From contig CDROCS010000253.1 of NCBI GenBank assembly GCA_977020255.1, forward strand, positions 4,588,001-4,652,000: a DNA stretch of 64,000 nucleotides, read 5' to 3'. The position numbers and the translations under genes were made by a program. Positions 61,845 to 64,000 of the stretch are shown one piece after another. This stretch comes from Obrimoposthia wandeli (taxonomy: Eukaryota). Every line of letters starts with the position of its first letter. The stretch's first letter is position 1. Under the pieces are notes generated by a model that saw only the letters and a program-made list of their open reading frames with translations, was not told the origin of the DNA and searched no databases.

Positions 61845-62255
61845 TTAAACCTCTTGCGCGGCAATAGAGACATCATAAACACCGGCGGCACGTGCAGAAT
61901 CCATCACTTTAATTAAGGTATCTGTGGTCGATTTTTTATCTGCTTGAATCACAACCGTACCTTGTGGGTTTTCTGCTTTTAAGCGCTCAATATTGGCTTG
62001 TACACTGCGAATATCTACTTTGCGTTTATTGATCCAAATATCACCCTTATCGCTAATAGCAACCAAGATATTGGCACGTTCTTTTTTTACAGCGGTAGCG
62101 GCTTCTGGACGATTAACATCAATACCGGCTTCTTTAACAAATGAAGCGGTGACAATAAAAAAGATTAACAAAATAAACACCACATCAAGCATGGGTGTCA
62201 TATCAATCTCTTCTTTTTCATCTTGATCTTGTAACATTTGGTTTAAGTGACGCAT
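61845..62255 (-). CDS. exbD: Biopolymer transport protein ExbD
   Basis: IDMTPMLDVVFILLIFFIVT motif. Confidence 0.95.
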   Translation of the reverse strand: MRHLNQMLQDQDEKEEIDMTPMLDVVFILLIFFIVTASFVKEAGIDVNRPEAATAVKKERANILVAISDKGDIWINKRKVDIRSVQANIERLKAENPQGTVVIQADKKSTTDTLIKVMDSARAAGVYDVSIAAQEV

Positions 62256-62293
62256 AACTAACTCCTAAAATTATTACTTTTAAATTATGTTGC

Positions 62294-62821
62294 TTAACGA
62301 GCAACCGTTAAGCTATCAGCCAGTAACTCGGCTTCTTTTTTAGCATTTCGGCGTAACCAGGTTGCGGTAAATACACCTGACAATGAACCGACCATACCTG
62401 CCATTGTCGGGATAGTGGCGCGTGATACACCCGACGCCATCGACCTTGCATTACCACTCCCCGATATTGCCATCACATCAAATACTTCGATCATGCCTGT
62501 AACCGTACCTAGTAAACCGAGTAGCGGACACAAGACCACCAAGGATTGAATAAGCGCTAAATTACGATTTAACTTAGTAGTACCACGAGAAATTAACGCA
62601 TTGCGTATTTGTTCGCTGTACCAAGAGGTTTGGTCTTTACGACCTTGCCAGACACTAATCATGTGTTTCTTTACACTGCGGTAGCTATAAAAAACAAAGA
62701 CAAAACGTTCAAAAATCAATAACCACATAATGAAGATAACGGCGGCAATCACAATTAACACTTGACCGCCGGCATCCATAAACTCATTAATGGCGTCGTA
62801 CATTTCCATTAAGGCAATCAC
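62294..62821 (-). CDS. exbB: MotA/TolQ/ExbB proton channel protein ExbB
   Basis: PLLGLLGTVTGMI motif; short ExbB upstream of exbD. Confidence 0.92.
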   Translation of the reverse strand: MIALMEMYDAINEFMDAGGQVLIVIAAVIFIMWLLIFERFVFVFYSYRSVKKHMISVWQGRKDQTSWYSEQIRNALISRGTTKLNRNLALIQSLVVLCPLLGLLGTVTGMIEVFDVMAISGSGNARSMASGVSRATIPTMAGMVGSLSGVFTATWLRRNAKKEAELLADSLTVAR

Positions 62822-62824
62822 TAT

Positions 62825-64000
62825 TTATGCTCCTTGACCTGCAAGCGTTTGGCTTTGGGCTAATTCTGCTCGCTCAGCTCGTTCAGCAATTAGGCCTGTA
62901 CTTTCTTGTTGTAAAATATTAACAATGTTGCGACTACGGCCATTTAAGTAGGCAAAGATAAATACCATTGGAATGGCAACAACTAAGCCTAAAACGGTAG
63001 TAACAAGTGCTTGAGAAATACCGCCAGCCATCAGTTTAGGATCACCGGTACCAAACAAGGTAATCGCTTGGAAGGTATTAATCATACCCGTTACCGTACC
63101 GAGTAAACCGATGAGCGGTGCAACCACTGAGATGATTTTAATTAAAGTTAAGCGTTTTGATAACTTAGGCACTTCTCTTAAAATAGACTCTGATAATTTA
63201 AGCTCTAAGGTTTCTGTATCGAGGTTTGGATTATTGTCTTTAACCTGCATAACACGACCCAGTGGGTTATCACTCGATGCTGTAGCTGATTTAAGCTGAC
63301 GCTCAACTTTTGAGCCGATAAATATTAAGCTAATTAACCGTTCTAGTGCGATAAGTAAACCGACGAAACCAATGGCTAAAATGATGTAACCTACTGGACC
63401 ACCTTGGTCTACACGCTCTTTCAAGTCAGGCGCTTGCACTAATAAACTTAAAATTGAACCACCCGTTGGGTCTAAAGCAAAAGCAGTGGTATCACCGCCA
63501 CTGTTAACCAAATCACTTGTCGATGCTAAGTATCGGTTAGAGGGTTGTCTAATAAGCTCTGCAACCGTGCCTGTTTCATCAATATATTCTAAATACTTGC
63601 CATCGGTGATTAAATTAAAACCACCGACACGGGTAACTGCAGCAACTTTACGGTCGCCATTATCTAAAACAACTTCTCGATTAAACGTTGTCACCTTACC
63701 GCTTTGTGTCATTTCGCGTTGTAATTCAAACCATAAACGCTCAATCTCGCTAATGGATGCCAGTTTTGAACTAGAGCCCATGCTTTGCGCAAATTCATCT
63801 AAAAACTGACCACGTCCTGGTATCTGCGCAGAAATAACTGATGTTTGAAACTTACTACGAGTATCACCAGATACTTGCTGTAACACACCAAACAACTCTT
63901 TTAATTCACCCAATCGCTTATCTAAAGCCTCAGCCTTATTGGCTAAATTAATTTCATTATCAGCAAAGTTTTGTTCAAGCTGTACACTGAGTACTAAGGC
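62825..64000 (-). CDS. ttpC: TtpC-like large ExbB-family protein (5' end outside window)
   Basis: Periplasmic N-region plus APLIGLLGTVTGMI; frame stays open to base 64000 (ALVLSVQLEQNFADNE...). Confidence 0.82.
   Translation of the reverse strand, partial: ALVLSVQLEQNFADNEINLANKAEALDKRLGELKELFGVLQQVSGDTRSKFQTSVISAQIPGRGQFLDEFAQSMGSSSKLASISEIERLWFELQREMTQSGKVTTFNREVVLDNGDRKVAAVTRVGGFNLITDGKYLEYIDETGTVAELIRQPSNRYLASTSDLVNSGGDTTAFALDPTGGSILSLLVQAPDLKERVDQGGPVGYIILAIGFVGLLIALERLISLIFIGSKVERQLKSATASSDNPLGRVMQVKDNNPNLDTETLELKLSESILREVPKLSKRLTLIKIISVVAPLIGLLGTVTGMINTFQAITLFGTGDPKLMAGGISQALVTTVLGLVVAIPMVFIFAYLNGRSRNIVNILQQESTGLIAERAERAELAQSQTLAGQGA

Overview
AT-rich gammaproteobacterial chromosome segment. 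Gene content and order suggest a marine Alteromonadales/Colwelliaceae genome; this is inference, not a database result. Housekeeping blocks are clpB-pgeF-rluD/bamD, glnB/nadE, aroF-tyrA, acs, pip, alpha-2-macroglobulin-pbpC and a TonB2-type ttpC-exbB-exbD-tonB-TPR operon running off the right edge. Accessory genes include three GGDEF/EAL c-di-GMP proteins, two chemoreceptors, an RND pump and a Pho-box-led phosphatase cluster (PhoD-like gene divergent from two tandem PhoA paralogs plus a His-tailed unknown). There is also a LysR-linked AhpD/flavin-ferredoxin/DUF1348 redox operon, an orphan FimT pilin and an orphan MshQ-like adhesin. The most unusual area is 34.3-37.65 kb. It holds an intact RAYT-like Y1 HUH transposase bracketed by imperfect 23-bp inverted motifs, one of them tandemly duplicated. 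Next to it lies a compositionally distinct lipoprotein gene framed by a direct copy of the motif core. Several families of small non-autonomous TATACC- or CTAGGG-terminated intergenic elements, one strongly ERIC-like, are scattered through the window. No rRNA, tRNA or CRISPR array was seen. All identity counts were made by hand.
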